This document shows, piece by piece, positions 38,128-50,380 of a stretch of DNA of 64,000 nucleotides (the stretch's first letter is position 1; each line of letters starts with the position of its first letter). The stretch is from NCBI GenBank assembly GCA_973895155.1, contig OZ316891.1, positions 22,649,884 to 22,713,883 on the forward strand, given 5' to 3'. A model generated the notes under the pieces. That model made no database searches. It saw nothing but the letters and a program-made list of their open reading frames with translations, and had not been told where the DNA came from. Position numbers and translations under genes: made by a program. The DNA comes from Marsupella aquatica. Lineage: Eukaryota > Plantae > Marchantiophyta.

Positions 38128-40617
38128 TCAGGACGATATTATTTTCATACTAAAATCCCAGAGCTTCTTTTGCAGTTCTTCGTCAAGGGCATGCTTTCTT
38201 TCAGTGGATACTCCTTGTAGTTATCGAAGTATTTGCCTGTCACTCCTTTCACGTCGGGGCTAATGGCTAAATAGGCCTGGAGGCCTGCCCCCTGCATTCA
38301 AATCCAAAGAGCACTCAGAACATTGAATGTATTCTCTCTCCACGAGGGCTCAGGTCGGGCATGCAGAATACTACATAATTAATAGCAGGGTACTGAGTAC
38401 TTAATTAGAATCAGATTCCTGCAGATGCATGGACGGAACTAATTTACTATTTCAATTTGCTGGGAACAAGCTACGTCTATGTTGACTCGTTACCTAGTAA
38501 TTGAGAGTTCTTTTGTTATCTGAACGACGTAGTTTCTGAATTCAGTAGAACACAGAAATCATATCCAAAAGAATTTTCGAACGGGTAGATGATAACAAAT
38601 CTAGCTAAGCACTGTATCTAGTCTAGTACACGTTCACACCCGGAATCCACTATATATTTTTCAAACAAAACAGTATGTACGTGCTCCAACAATGCTAACA
38701 ATCTTGTGAAAAGCTTGAGTACACCTGTAGACGCTTTGCAAGCTCCTTGGTGCATAGAATTTGTGCTAGCTTGGACTGCCCGTAATTTTTTAAACAATCC
38801 ATTACGCTTCTGCAAGGAAAAATATTGATTATCTTCCGCCAAAACAGAAATCCCCTCCAGTCAGATGTTAGATTAATACTTCAGAACTAGAACCCCAAGA
38901 ATCTGAGCCACTTATAAGAAAGCTCTTGAATTTGGAAACTATTTTACGTAGACTGTGTTGTATTGACTCTGCTGGTGCATCTCTGATCTCTATCATTCTA
39001 CAGTGCAAATCTAGCAAGCTTTAGCATGCAATTCAAGGCTCTCCTAGAGAAATCTGCAGGTTATAATACCGCAGCCAATACACACGTTCGTGCAAATTAA
39101 ACCTTCATTTGGCCAGAGTAAGTACTAAATCCGAGACCTAAAAGGGTTTTATCTGTACTGAAGGACAGCAAAATTCAATGTACAAGAGTTCAAATAAATT
39201 TGGAATATTGTCTTACCCTTACCCCTTTTTGACATTGGTTTTATCGGGATTATAGATTTCATCGAATTTGGTGCCTTCTTTATACACAAATAACTCGTGC
39301 CCGTTAGATGATACATTGACAATCCTCCCCTCAATACCAGATTCACTGGCTGTCGCTTTCAACTTATCCAGGAGAAGTTGCGTGAGAAGGACATGGCCTA
39401 CAATTGACACAAATAGAAGAGTAAAGTATCTCGTTAGCAGTCTACAGAAGGCCAGCATGCCTGCTTGAGTGACCCTCTCAAGCAGTCTAGACGCCTTCGA
39501 GTTCAGCCTCCTTAATGTTTGGTACAAACCTACCCACAGCGTGCCATCTATTGCGTTCTTTGCCGAAATAACTCACAGTCATCACTTCCATCGAGCTTCG
39601 ATTCGTTCGTTCTTAGTTTTTCCATACTTACCGAGGTAATTTGTAGCAAAATCTATTTCTACGCCATCAACCGATAATTCAAAGGTTGATGCACCAATCC
39701 CAGCATTGCATCTGCTCATATGCAAATGCAAAACATCAGGTGTAATAGGTTACACATGTGAGAGTTCCAGTGTTCAAAATCCAAAGTTAAAAATAAAATT
39801 ACAAGGACCAGAAAACCAAAGATATCAGGAAGATGAGTAATTAACTGAGATCCCTCCAGGGCTAAGTAAAGTTGAATGCATCGAACCAGATTGACAATGT
39901 GAACTGTCCCGCTAAACAAGGATTTGATGAGCAATTTCACGTTCAGTAGGTTGTAAAGCTTCAAGTCTTGGCACAAATCGTACTTACACCAAGACTAATA
40001 ATGGAACATTCAATGCCAAGAACTCCTTCGCAGCTGTTCGCTCAGATTCCAATGAGGCCAGGTCGATCGTCAACAGATCGATTCTGGCGCTGGGAGTCTC
40101 CTTCAAAATCTCCTCCTTCACCTTCTCTGCAGCTGATAGGTTGCGTGCTGCAAGGTACACATGCGCCCCTCGCTTTGCCAGGACACGAACTGTTGCTTTT
40201 CCAAGGCCATTTGTACCACCTGCAAAGTGCGACCACTTGCCATTCAATACATACACAAGAGACAATGTATTGTTCTTAGTGCGTCTCACCAAATGCACAC
40301 TATCGCCATGGACATACATCAGTCACAGTGCCCCCATTTTGTTCAAGTGTTAAGACAAACTCTTTGTCTAAATCTGTGATATGTTCTAAGCCAACGTTCC
40401 AATGTGGATGGACCAGGTCATTGGTATTCCTAGCTGGAAGATATTAATAAAATATTCTTCAGTAGTCTTTTGGGTCATAGTGTGCATTCGGTTCCAAACT
40501 CTATCCCAATTCAACCACAAACTAATGTAAGCGTTGAAGAACAGAACCTGTGACAATTATCGTGAGAGGACTTGCATCAATCCCTTCCGTTACTTACTCG
40601 GCCGTCTTCCTCCCCAT
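38128..40617 (-). pseudogene. Short-chain dehydrogenase/reductase (TIC32/retinol-dehydrogenase-like) pseudogene
   Basis: Exons encode MGRKTAE*VTEGIDASPLTIIVT|GGTNGLGKATVRVLAKRGAHV...|CNAGIG...FATNYL|GHVLLTQLLL...RIVNVSS|...NYGQSKLAQILCTKELAKRLQ|...VKGVTGKYF. TAA at codon 8 (40594-40596); frameshift before ..LQKKLWDFS; no NxxHPG exon recognised. Confidence 0.85.
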
Positions 40618-41553
40618 CTTCTCTACTCTGCTGCCTCCTGCTGTGACTCTCGATTTCAGATTGTGGGAGTAAACAACCCGTTTTACGTGCCCTGCACCTA
40701 TGTATGCTCCTCAGTTTTAATTTTTTTCTACTCCTCGCAATGACAGCTAAAGCTCACACAAATCCAGGAGTCGGCAATCAATCTACCGTATGTGGTCTTG
40801 ACATCAGGAGCTCTCAATTGAATCAAAATAGTTGAGAAACGGCCGACCACCGCAATTGCAAAAATGAGAGGAACGGGAGTGTGATTGGGAGATCAAGTTT
40901 TGCATGTTTCTTCTTTTGGTTCGACGTGGTTACAGTGCATAAACCAAAGCCTCTCAAGGCAGCTGTCATGTAATCGCCAGTTCCGTGCAACTTCAGAAAT
41001 GAAGTTTGCATGACCGGGTCAGTAATGTTATTTTCGAAGGACAACTGGACTGGGTGAGTACTCTAGGGATATCGATCGAAGAGCCTGTGCTATATATACC
41101 TCGATGTTTACTTCCATCGCTCTCAAATCCTAAGTGATGGATTCAGGTTTTCGAATTTCCAAATTTTCATGTCAGAATTGGAACGTTCCTCTGTTAATAG
41201 TTCATTGTTGAGAACAGGAGACAGTTTTGTTAGTGCAATGTTTGACATACGTTCTCACTGAGCACCAATAGTGAAAACAACAATATAGAACTTTTGATTT
41301 TGCTATATGGACCGTACTTTATTAGACCTCTGTGAACGGCATTCGTTTTCTGAGTTCATATTGTCTCGGCCTTTCACCTTCCCTCCCCCCTGATCTTCTT
41401 CTCAGTCGCTGTCTGGCACTTCACTTCACTTCACTTCACTACTTCTCTGCGAATGTTAGGTACCTTGATCCAAAAATAATGGAGTGCATCGACCCTTTCT
41501 TCTCTGTGAGTGAGCTGCTCTCATGACGACAAACGTGGTGATAGGTGAGGCAG

Positions 41554-41640
41554 AACGATGAGGCAACACACTTGCACCAGTTTATCGTGCATGCGGCTTG
41601 GGATATTGTTCAAGACTACGTGTAGACGACGAATGCCATG
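41554..41640 (+). pseudogene. TRAPPC2: Isolated exon fragment of TRAPP subunit 2 (Sedlin/Trs20)
   Basis: Translates as NDEATHLHQFIVHAAWDIVQDYV*TTNAM, matching the conserved Sedlin segment HQFILHAALDxVQDxxWTTxAM, with W replaced by a stop. It is flanked by cag and gt. Confidence 0.7.
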
Positions 41641-41789
41641 TACCGCATACATGTCCCCCAGGAGCTTCTCTTACAAAAATTTGGGATGTCTCCCATAGGT
41701 CATTGGTGCATGGAATTTTGTATTTGCAAGATAAATCAGTAAGCCCGTCAGTAAGGCTCCCGACTTGAAATAGTTAGCCGGAGCTAAAA

Positions 41790-42430
41790 AAGTAACTAGG
41801 GAAGATTAGCCACATCGAATTTTTCCTACAATTTTTCACTTCGTGACAAGTTGGAAAAATGACTTGGCAAGATCCCTCTACATTTTCACTTGGTGGGGTC
41901 AAGCTGAAAAAATGATGCTTTACGGTCAGCCAAGTTGGGTTTTCCGAATTATTTTGTTGGAAAAAGTGACTTTGCAAGGTTATCCAAGTTGATTTTTGCC
42001 TAGTTATAGCTTTTAACTTAGTGAGGCATCAATTGAAATAAAATACTTATCGAGGATAGCCAAGTATCAATTCCCCTACTTGGTAAAGGCATCGAGTGAA
42101 AAATAAGTCAGCAAGGTCAGCCCTTTCAATTTTCACTAGAGAGGATTGAGTAACATGACTTGGGTTGGCTGAGTCCATTTTCAGTCTAAATTCTCATTTG
42201 GTGAGGTCGAGTTGAAAAAATGACTTTGCAAGATCAGCCTAGTTTAATTGTCCTATAGATTTGTGGAGAACGTGCCTCTGCAAGATTAGCCAAGTTGGTT
42301 TTCCCCTGTAATTCACTTAGTGAGCTATTGAGTGAAAAAATTACTTACCAAGGTTAGCCATGTGGAAGCTCCCAATTTGGCGAAGGAATGGAGTGAAGAA
42401 GCTATACAGCTAGATCAGCTAAGTAGAAAA
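41790..42430. repeat. Degenerate tandem array (~65-80 bp units)
   Basis: Recurring motifs (g)aaaaaatgact, gcaag.ttagccaagtt and ttcactt.gtga. Confidence 0.55.
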
Positions 42431-43609
42431 CTTCCAACTCAGCAAAGCCAATCAGAGGAAAAAGAGACACCATAGTGATATTTGAATCCGGGAGGCCATA
42501 AAGTTTCCTTATGTGGGTGATCACAAATTCACAAGCCCAACTACTCCTGATAGGATACTGACGGTGTTGGGCAGAGGGCTACTGGGCTATAATCTTGTAG
42601 ACTTGTGACAAGACCGGCATTATAGACCGACAAATTCAGTGCAGAACAATCTTGCATTTTCAAGGAATTGCAAGGACCTTTAGAAATGGCATTGACATGT
42701 GTCCTGCCACGAGATTGGGACTTTGTAAGATCCATATTCTAAAATTTGGTCATCAACTTGGAGATCGCAAAGGCATGGGCATGTGGTCTGACGCGGGATT
42801 GGCAGCGAGATTTCGTGAAAGACTCCTGCAGATATTCTGCTCCACGAGCGAGTATTGACAGAGTATGCTGTATATAGTCATTCTGAGTTTGTCAAAGAAA
42901 TGTATAGTACCGATTTTCATTTTAGTTTTTGGGGGAATTGTCACGGAAGTGGACATAGTAAAAACAGTTCATCGAGTTTTCTCGGTGCTTTTGAACTGTC
43001 TTATCTTCCAAACGAAGTCCCGTTTAGAATAGAGGCAGTTTAATCAAATTTGTTCGGGAATATTTCCCGACGAAAGTATCATCCCGTTTAAAGGAAAGTC
43101 TAATCAGGTTTTGCTAAATTTCGGGAAAATTGCACTTTTGAGAATTTGCACGGATGATGGCAGACATACCCGCCATCGAGTATCTGCTTTAGGATGATGC
43201 TGAGATCCCGGCTGAGATCGCGACGACAGCTTTGTTTGACAGTGTAGAGTTTGGTGAGGGCCAGTGATCAAGAGAGTAAGGTCATGGCACTTTAGAAAGT
43301 TCACCCTTAAGAATATTGCACACCTTTTGGAGACAATGATCGCTGAGAAATTTGAACACAGGTTCAAATCTAGAGAAACGCTGAGTTCGAGTAAAACAAG
43401 AATGAAGAAGAACTATTCAACAATCAAGTCTCCATATACATTTTCAGGACAAGATTTACAACAAAAGGATGGTTGGTTCTCATTCTGCACAATGTGAGCT
43501 CTGCTTCCAGAGCTTCACGCCTGTCTAATTAATGTTTACAAGATTTGCATTTGGAAGAGTTGAGAGGCAAGGGATCGAGATTGCATTTCCGATCAATTCA
43601 CCCAATCAT

Positions 43610-45458
43610 CTAGATACCAGCTATCGCACTCTGCAGAGATGCCAATGTCCCTTTCTCTGTATCAGCAGCAGCATCAATAATGGATTTGGGCTCAGACGGT
43701 GGATTATTGCCCCTTGTCACAAACTCGTCATCAGCTGCACCGTACTCCTCGGGAAGGCTTCCGGCTTCGTCTTTCGCGGGCGCTTTGATATCTCCATCTT
43801 TCCCAGCTGCACCGAATCCTCGCCCCTCGCTGCTCACCGCATCTTTGGCGCCGTCTTGTACAGCTCCGGCTTTCTCTTCTGCTTTGGATTTGGCATCTCC
43901 AGCGGAATCGGTCGCTGCATCGCCCAATTCACCTGCCTTGTCACTGGTCTTATTCGCAGTATCTTCGACAGAACCCTTGGCCTGACCTGCAGAATCCTGA
44001 GCTGCATCGCCAAATTCGCCTGCCTTGTCACTGGCCTTGTTGGCAGTGTCTTCGACAGACCCCTTGGCCTGACCCGCAGAATCCTGCGCTGCATCGCCAA
44101 ATTCCCCTGCCTTGTCACTGGCTTTGCTGGCAGTGTCTTCGACCGACCCCTTGGCCTGACCTGCAGAATCCTGAGCTGCATCGCCAAATTCTCTTGCCTT
44201 GTCTCCGGCCTTGTTTTTGGTTTCCCCAGCAGCATCCCTGGCTTGACCTGAAATGTCAAATGCTTCAGTATCAACCAAATCGAGACAAGGTGCCGAGGTG
44301 TCTACTGATTAAATTTTTTGCCAAAACATCGATCTAAATTGACAGATTCAACTTCAGCCCGAGTCCAATTTAGATTTAGTTCAAAATTATCTGATATCTA
44401 GGATCAGTTACGACCAAATGTTAATCTCCTGTGGACAGTCGGGTGAAATCGATCCCGTTCCACGCCTGATTGTATTCCTCTTCATTTCTTGACCAACCTT
44501 GAATCACAGGTGCCGTTTCAATGGGGCAGCATACAAAATTAAAGTCTCAATCTTGTTGCTACAGCCGATTAACGGTTGACTTCTTTGACTCCTACTTAGT
44601 TCACTGTCTGTTGTAGAAAGCTGTCCAAACTTCCGAAGTCCCGGACAGTTCTTAATTCTTTAACTATCAGACACAGAACATTCATTTGACTACTACCATT
44701 CGAGGGGTGCTCAACGGGAAACTTGGGAACATGAAGTCCCCTTCGATACGTGCTACAATACTATCTGAGGGTGAACTACATTAGCTGAGTTCTCTCGGAT
44801 CCCGAGAGCGATTCTTAGGCTGGTTGTTAGTACATGAAAAACTCTCCATGGACGATGCAATGTTACTTAAGTGAACCTATCATGTCGTGTGAGGGTTCAT
44901 GACTTAGCAGATGTGTCCTCAGTGAAGGAATGCGGGTAGCGTAGTATTTACGATACCTGCAGCGTCTGTGGCTCCTTCCTTGAACTCTTCAGCCTTCTCA
45001 CCGGCTCCTTCCTTAAACTCTTCAGCCTTCTCCCCAGCTTTCTCCCCCGTCTCCTGAGCTCTATCCTTGGCCTTCGATGCGGCATCCTTCGTCCCCTCCT
45101 TCAATTCTTCAGCCTTCTCACCAGCTCTCTGTCCAGTCTCCTCGGCACCCTCCTTGGCCTTGCCTGCAGCATCCTTCAGTGCATCACCTCCTTGCCCAGC
45201 TGCTTCCTGCGCTTTGCCGGCGAGGTTCTGGATCCCCTCGCCCGCAGCTCCAGCGGCCTCATCGGACTTCTGGGTGGCTTCCTTAGCTGGCCCTCCTGCT
45301 TTGTCGAAGGCTTTATCTGCTCCTCTCGATGCCTTCTTCTTCCCCTCTTTCGTGATGTCCGACGCTCTATCGGTGGCGGCATTGGCTGCTTCCCCGGCCT
45401 CTTTCAATCCTTCACCCGGCTGTGGGAGCTCTTCGGTGCGCGGCTCGTCTTGTGCCAT
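43610..45458 (-). CDS. LEA-like (group 3/LEA_4-type) hydrophilic repeat protein, two exons (44957-45458 and 43610-44247), ~379 aa
   Basis: Rich in Ala/Glu/Lys/Gly/Asp with 11-mer-like repeats (AGEKAEEFKEG) and three 29-aa repeats (KAGEFGDAAQDSAGQAKGSVEDTA.K.SD). A phase-1 GT-AG intron joins the two ORFs in frame. Confidence 0.8.
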
Positions 45459-46279
45459 TGTCTTACACAACTTCTTGTGTTGCTCACTCTCGATGTGGAC
45501 TCAAAACTCAATCAATCCTTGACGGACACAGATTCTCCGATTCAAAACAAGACTTATCAACGTGTTCGGAATTCTTTGAAGCTGCCTGGAGGATTCAAAT
45601 CCGTGAATCGAACTGAATTCTTCGAATGTTAATACAATACTCTTTCGAACAACGACTGTAAACTCGAGAAGGAAGTTCGATGATGTTCAAGTTCGGGAAT
45701 TCCGGGTCGATCCACCACGGTATTTAACCAAGAGCTGCGAACAATGGATGACGACACAGTTCCTAAATTGAGCAAGTTTTACTATTCTAGAATCATCTCC
45801 TAATTGAACATTTTCCCCGCCCGACATGAACTTCAAAATCCAGGCCGTGCATGCTCCAAGGCAGGCGGTTCAGATCCGAAGTTCGCTCCGCCACTTTCTC
45901 TGCATGAACGTTACCTCATGCCAGCTTTTCGATGACGGGGTCGAAGTGAGAGCCAATTTCATCGCAGCAGCAGGCGTACCAGCGGAGCAGCTCTACGTCC
46001 TGATCGAAGCTATTGCATTTGCAAAAGATCTGAGGTACGTCGGGCTGGATGCGCCACCTGCCAGGATTTGGGACCGCCAGGTACATTGCGCCGCTCGAGG
46101 TTGCAATGCAATTCAATGCAATGCAATGCAATGCAGGAGGTCGTGTCCCACCATAGCTACTGGGGGAAGACGTGGCACTGTGGGAGCATGACACCCTCAC
46201 CCTTACCGAACCCTACCAATGGTTGAAGGGCATACCGTACTGCTAATGCTAACAGCGCGAAGGACCTACAGTAGAAACT

Positions 46280-47310
46280 GGCTGACAAGATAAGATGCCA
46301 CTGAGCCACAACGTAACCATACAAATCTACCACGCATAAGTGCAAGATAAGATGCATAAGTGCAAAACAAGAGGCATGGAAGCCACAATGTAGACATACA
46401 GTCTACCATGCATAATTGCAAGATGAGATGTCAGTGAGCCATAATGTAACCAAACAAGTCTACCAAGCATAAGTGCAAAACAAGAGGCACGGAAGCCACA
46501 ATGTAGACATACAGTCTACCATGCATAATTGCAAGATGAGATGCAAGTGAGCCTTAATGTAACCAAACAAGTCTACCAAGCATAAGTGCAAAACAAGAGG
46601 CACGGAAGCCACAATGTAGACATACAGTCTACCATGCATAATTGCAAGATGAGATGCAAGTGAGCCTTAATGTAACCATACAAATCTACCCAAATCCATG
46701 GCTGGATTAGGGCGGGTTTGTGGGGTGTGTGTGGTGTTTTGGCTTGGGTGTTGGGCCCTGTTTGTGGCCTGGGTGGCTTTCGTCTCCTTGCGTGATATGG
46801 ACGGGTCTCTGCGTCCCTTTTTGGAAAAAAAAAAAAAACAAGGTGCATGAGTGCAAGATAAGATGCAAGTGCTCTACAAGGTAAGCGTACACTTTACCGT
46901 GCATGAGTGCAATGTAAGATGCATAAGTGCAAGTTATGATGCACATGAGCCACAAATATAAGCATACAAACCTACCATGCATAAGTGCAAGATAAGATCC
47001 ATAAGTGCAAGACATGTGGCACAGGAGCCACAATGTAGGCATACAGTCTACCATGCATAATTGCAAGATGAGATGCAAGTGAGCCAAAATATAACCATAG
47101 AAGTCTACCGCTTATAAGTGCAAGATAAGATGCAAGTACGCTAGAAGGTAAGCATACAGTTTACCGAGCATGAGTGCAATATAAGATGCATAAGTGCAAG
47201 TTAAAATGCACATGAGCCACAATGTAAGCATACAGTCTACCGTGCATAAGTGCAAGATAAGATGCAAGTGAGCTACAAAGTAAACTTACCGTCTATCATG
47301 CATAACTACA
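46280..47310. repeat. TGCA-rich minisatellite (~56-bp subunit, ~113-bp dimer), interrupted at ~46690-46840
   Basis: caagtctaccaagcataagtgcaaaacaagaggcacggaagccacaatgtagacatacagtctaccatgcataattgcaagatgagatgc repeats at 46455 and 46568; many gtgcaagataagatgca units. Confidence 0.9.
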
Positions 47311-49422
47311 CCCTGTATAAGTGCATTTACATGGTTTACTTGTAGTCCCCTAATATTACAGGTCTCCTTTTATAAATGCACAGTCTGTAATGCAGGTCCA
47401 CTTCACTCACTGACAGTGTAAAGTACATTCTGTGGGTAAATGTAAGGGGGTCATATAGTGCAGCCCCTAAAATTCCTTAAAATGATTTTTCTTTTTTTTA
47501 AATGGCCACAAAAACCCACAGGAAGGGGGGAGTAAACAGCCCAGTACAAAGACACCACAGCACAATGGCAAACCCAACATTGGGGCCAAGGACAGCCCCC
47601 ACACGGAAGACCCACTAGGGGCAACAGACCACCAGCAAAAGCCCATTGGGCACAGGAGCAATTCAAGGCCAACCAGTGCATACTCTCATACCCCCCTCAG
47701 CTCATACCAGAGGAGACCTGATTGCTACCATGAAACAGCCAAAGACAGAAGCTTGGCATCAATCCAACCCTTGGCCTGTAAAAGCTGCAAATGTGCAGTC
47801 CCCTAATATTACAACCCTGTCTAGTTTGTAAATGCACCAACAAGTGCACTTTCTGTAAGTGCATTTCTGTCTATAAGAGAGTACATTCATTTATCAGTTA
47901 CAAAAATGCATAAGTTAGAACCATTTATTGATAAGTGCAGTGGACAACAACACGCAGTAGTTTCATCCACTTATCTAGTTGATTCATGTAGTATGAGGGG
48001 TTGGGGTATGAGAAAATGTCTATGACCCAACAACATATCCGAGGAATAATTTAAAATTATGACATAGTGCATAACATAGGTAAGTGCAGACTTGGGGTGT
48101 CTTCCCCTAAGCCTCTTGGACAAGGTAATTGTACCATTTTTAACTATGTCACCAAGAATTGAACAAAGTTACCAAGTTGCCCCAAAATGATGCTTCCATG
48201 GACCTACCCCTGAACCATGCAACCCCATGGACTTGACACCTTTACACTTCATTCATTGCGCACTTTCTGGTTTCCAAAAGTTTTCAACAACAAAGATTGA
48301 CCGTATTTTATCAAGCAGAATCTTTTCTTGGGCTCGTGAGAAAGGCTTGGGAATATATTTTCAACCAGTCTACAATATCTACTTTTCATGAAAAATTGAA
48401 ACAATTGAAAATTTCTAAAGATACTTCGTCATTGAGTGTCTACACTTTCTGTTAGGGAAAGTTTAGAGAGCTAACTTCAATGTCTCCCTGTATATCTTTC
48501 ATCGAGACTGGAGAAACCTTCAAATTTCAAAAGAGTACTGTCTCATCTTCTTGTCATGGTTTCTCTGTAAGTGCAAACCCATGGGAGTATTTTTAAAATT
48601 GTACTTATCAGATATTCCGCTCCTCCACAAATGCAATTCCAGTGCACTTATGTCAACTATTGATAACTGAAATTTGTGGCAGGAATTGCAATTGTAGATG
48701 TTCATTGCATTTGCAGAAGCTTAATATGAGTTCAAGTAGACTGAGCATTTTCACCTTAATTAATGTGCCTTAAAGGTTGACTCAAAAGCAAAGCATCAAG
48801 ACACTGACAGGTGTGAGGAGATTTGATATATTTCAAAACTTGATTGCTTTATATATTCAAAACCTACTCCTGGATGGACACAAACACTTGACACTGCTAT
48901 GAACTAGATGGGCATTGGAACTATAGAGTGTCGCAATACTTCCAGAACCTAACAATTGCACAACATCAAAACGTAAGAGGTTATAGACATGGTAACCAAG
49001 AGAACCAATGTAAGAATGGCGTTGCATGGACTGAATATGGAAGTCATTTGTCAAACACCTTCTATCACTCATCAAATGCAGGTAGACATTTCATCTTTGG
49101 AACAGAATAAGTGCTATTCAGGTACATTTATTTAATGTTTTGTTTGTGTCCATCAGGATTCATTAACAACCTAATTGGACCTAAACAACAATCCCCTCAC
49201 TACAATTTGCTGAAGTCAACATCAGATCTAACTTGAGGTCAATTGAGCTCGATAAGATTATGGAAAAGAAATCACTGTCCACTTTGCCAAGCAAAACGGA
49301 CTGTCAACTCAAATGCGCAACATAATAATGACCTGAAGTCTTCATTAGAAATATCAATTCCAATGAACTAATAGGTTTCTAACTGAATTTCCTAATTTGA
49401 TGTGGGCTCTATGGCATATCCG

Positions 49423-49720
49423 CCCCGGGGTCCTCACTTCTTTTCTTCTGACCCATCACGCGCGAATAAGTATATGGTTTTTTTATTGGGTTTAGTGAAA
49501 TACTTTTAAATTTTTGTTGAAGAACATTAGGGTTATGTTAATCCAATTTTGAGAATTATAAGAATCATAGGGTTTTTTAAATCAAATTTGGGAATATTTT
49601 ATTAAGTTAGGGGTAAAACAATTCCTTTAAAAAACTTTCTTGACTTAAGTTTTAGGGTGTTTATCCCCCCAAAACTTCGCGCGTGATATGGCACACCCCT
49701 TGGATTGAGGCCCCCAAGAT
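49423..49720 (+). repeat. ~300-bp dispersed repeat (MITE-like); inverted copy at 62240-62510
   Basis: ccggggtcctcacttcttttcttc..cccatca.gcgc.aataagtata...aaaact..gcg.gtg.tatgg.acacccctt..attgaggcccc matches the reverse complement of 62240-62510. Confidence 0.8.
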
Positions 49721-50380
49721 ATCCGCCAGAGTTTTTTCTAGCCTTGAAATTTTCCAAATTCCACCTCACTTAAAAGTCTTAGCCACTTTTGGCATACACT
49801 TCCAGGTTTTTTAAGCTTTTGTTAGAGGTGTCTTGCATGTTACCGTTTCCGTATTGAGGCCCTATTTATATTTAATGTCCGTCAACATATTAAATGTGAA
49901 GAATTTTGTGCCTGAATTCCCTCATTAGCCAGGCTTCACTGTAGTTAAAGTGGAGGCTGAAGGGCAAATGCCAGAAACTTTCCACCCCTTCAGGTCCCAA
50001 TCTCAATGTGAATTTTGAATAACACAAATAGACTCACTTTACACTAGCCTTTCAAGGTGCCAGGCCCAGTGACACATAGCAGCAAAGTGCTGTGGTGCAC
50101 CCTCACCACTTTTTCCCATCATTTTTGGGAGAATTGAGGGCAGACTACATGTTATAAGCCCCCGACACAGTTTCCCACATAGCCACAAACCCCATTAGCC
50201 AGAATCTGACAGTTTGAATTAAATTGAGGAAAATCTAACCTTCAGAAATTAGTCTATGAAAATTGGATAAGATATTCTTAGCATAGTTTTGTTCACTGGC
50301 TAATGTGACTTTAGTCAGGCTGGTAGATAAGAAAAAACAACTTTTTACTAACCTGTCCCCTAAACTACCCAATATTAACA

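Noticed and set aside
43532-44251. 239-aa plus-strand ORF and others overlapping the LEA gene
   Set aside because: Antisense shadows of the repetitive LEA coding sequence.
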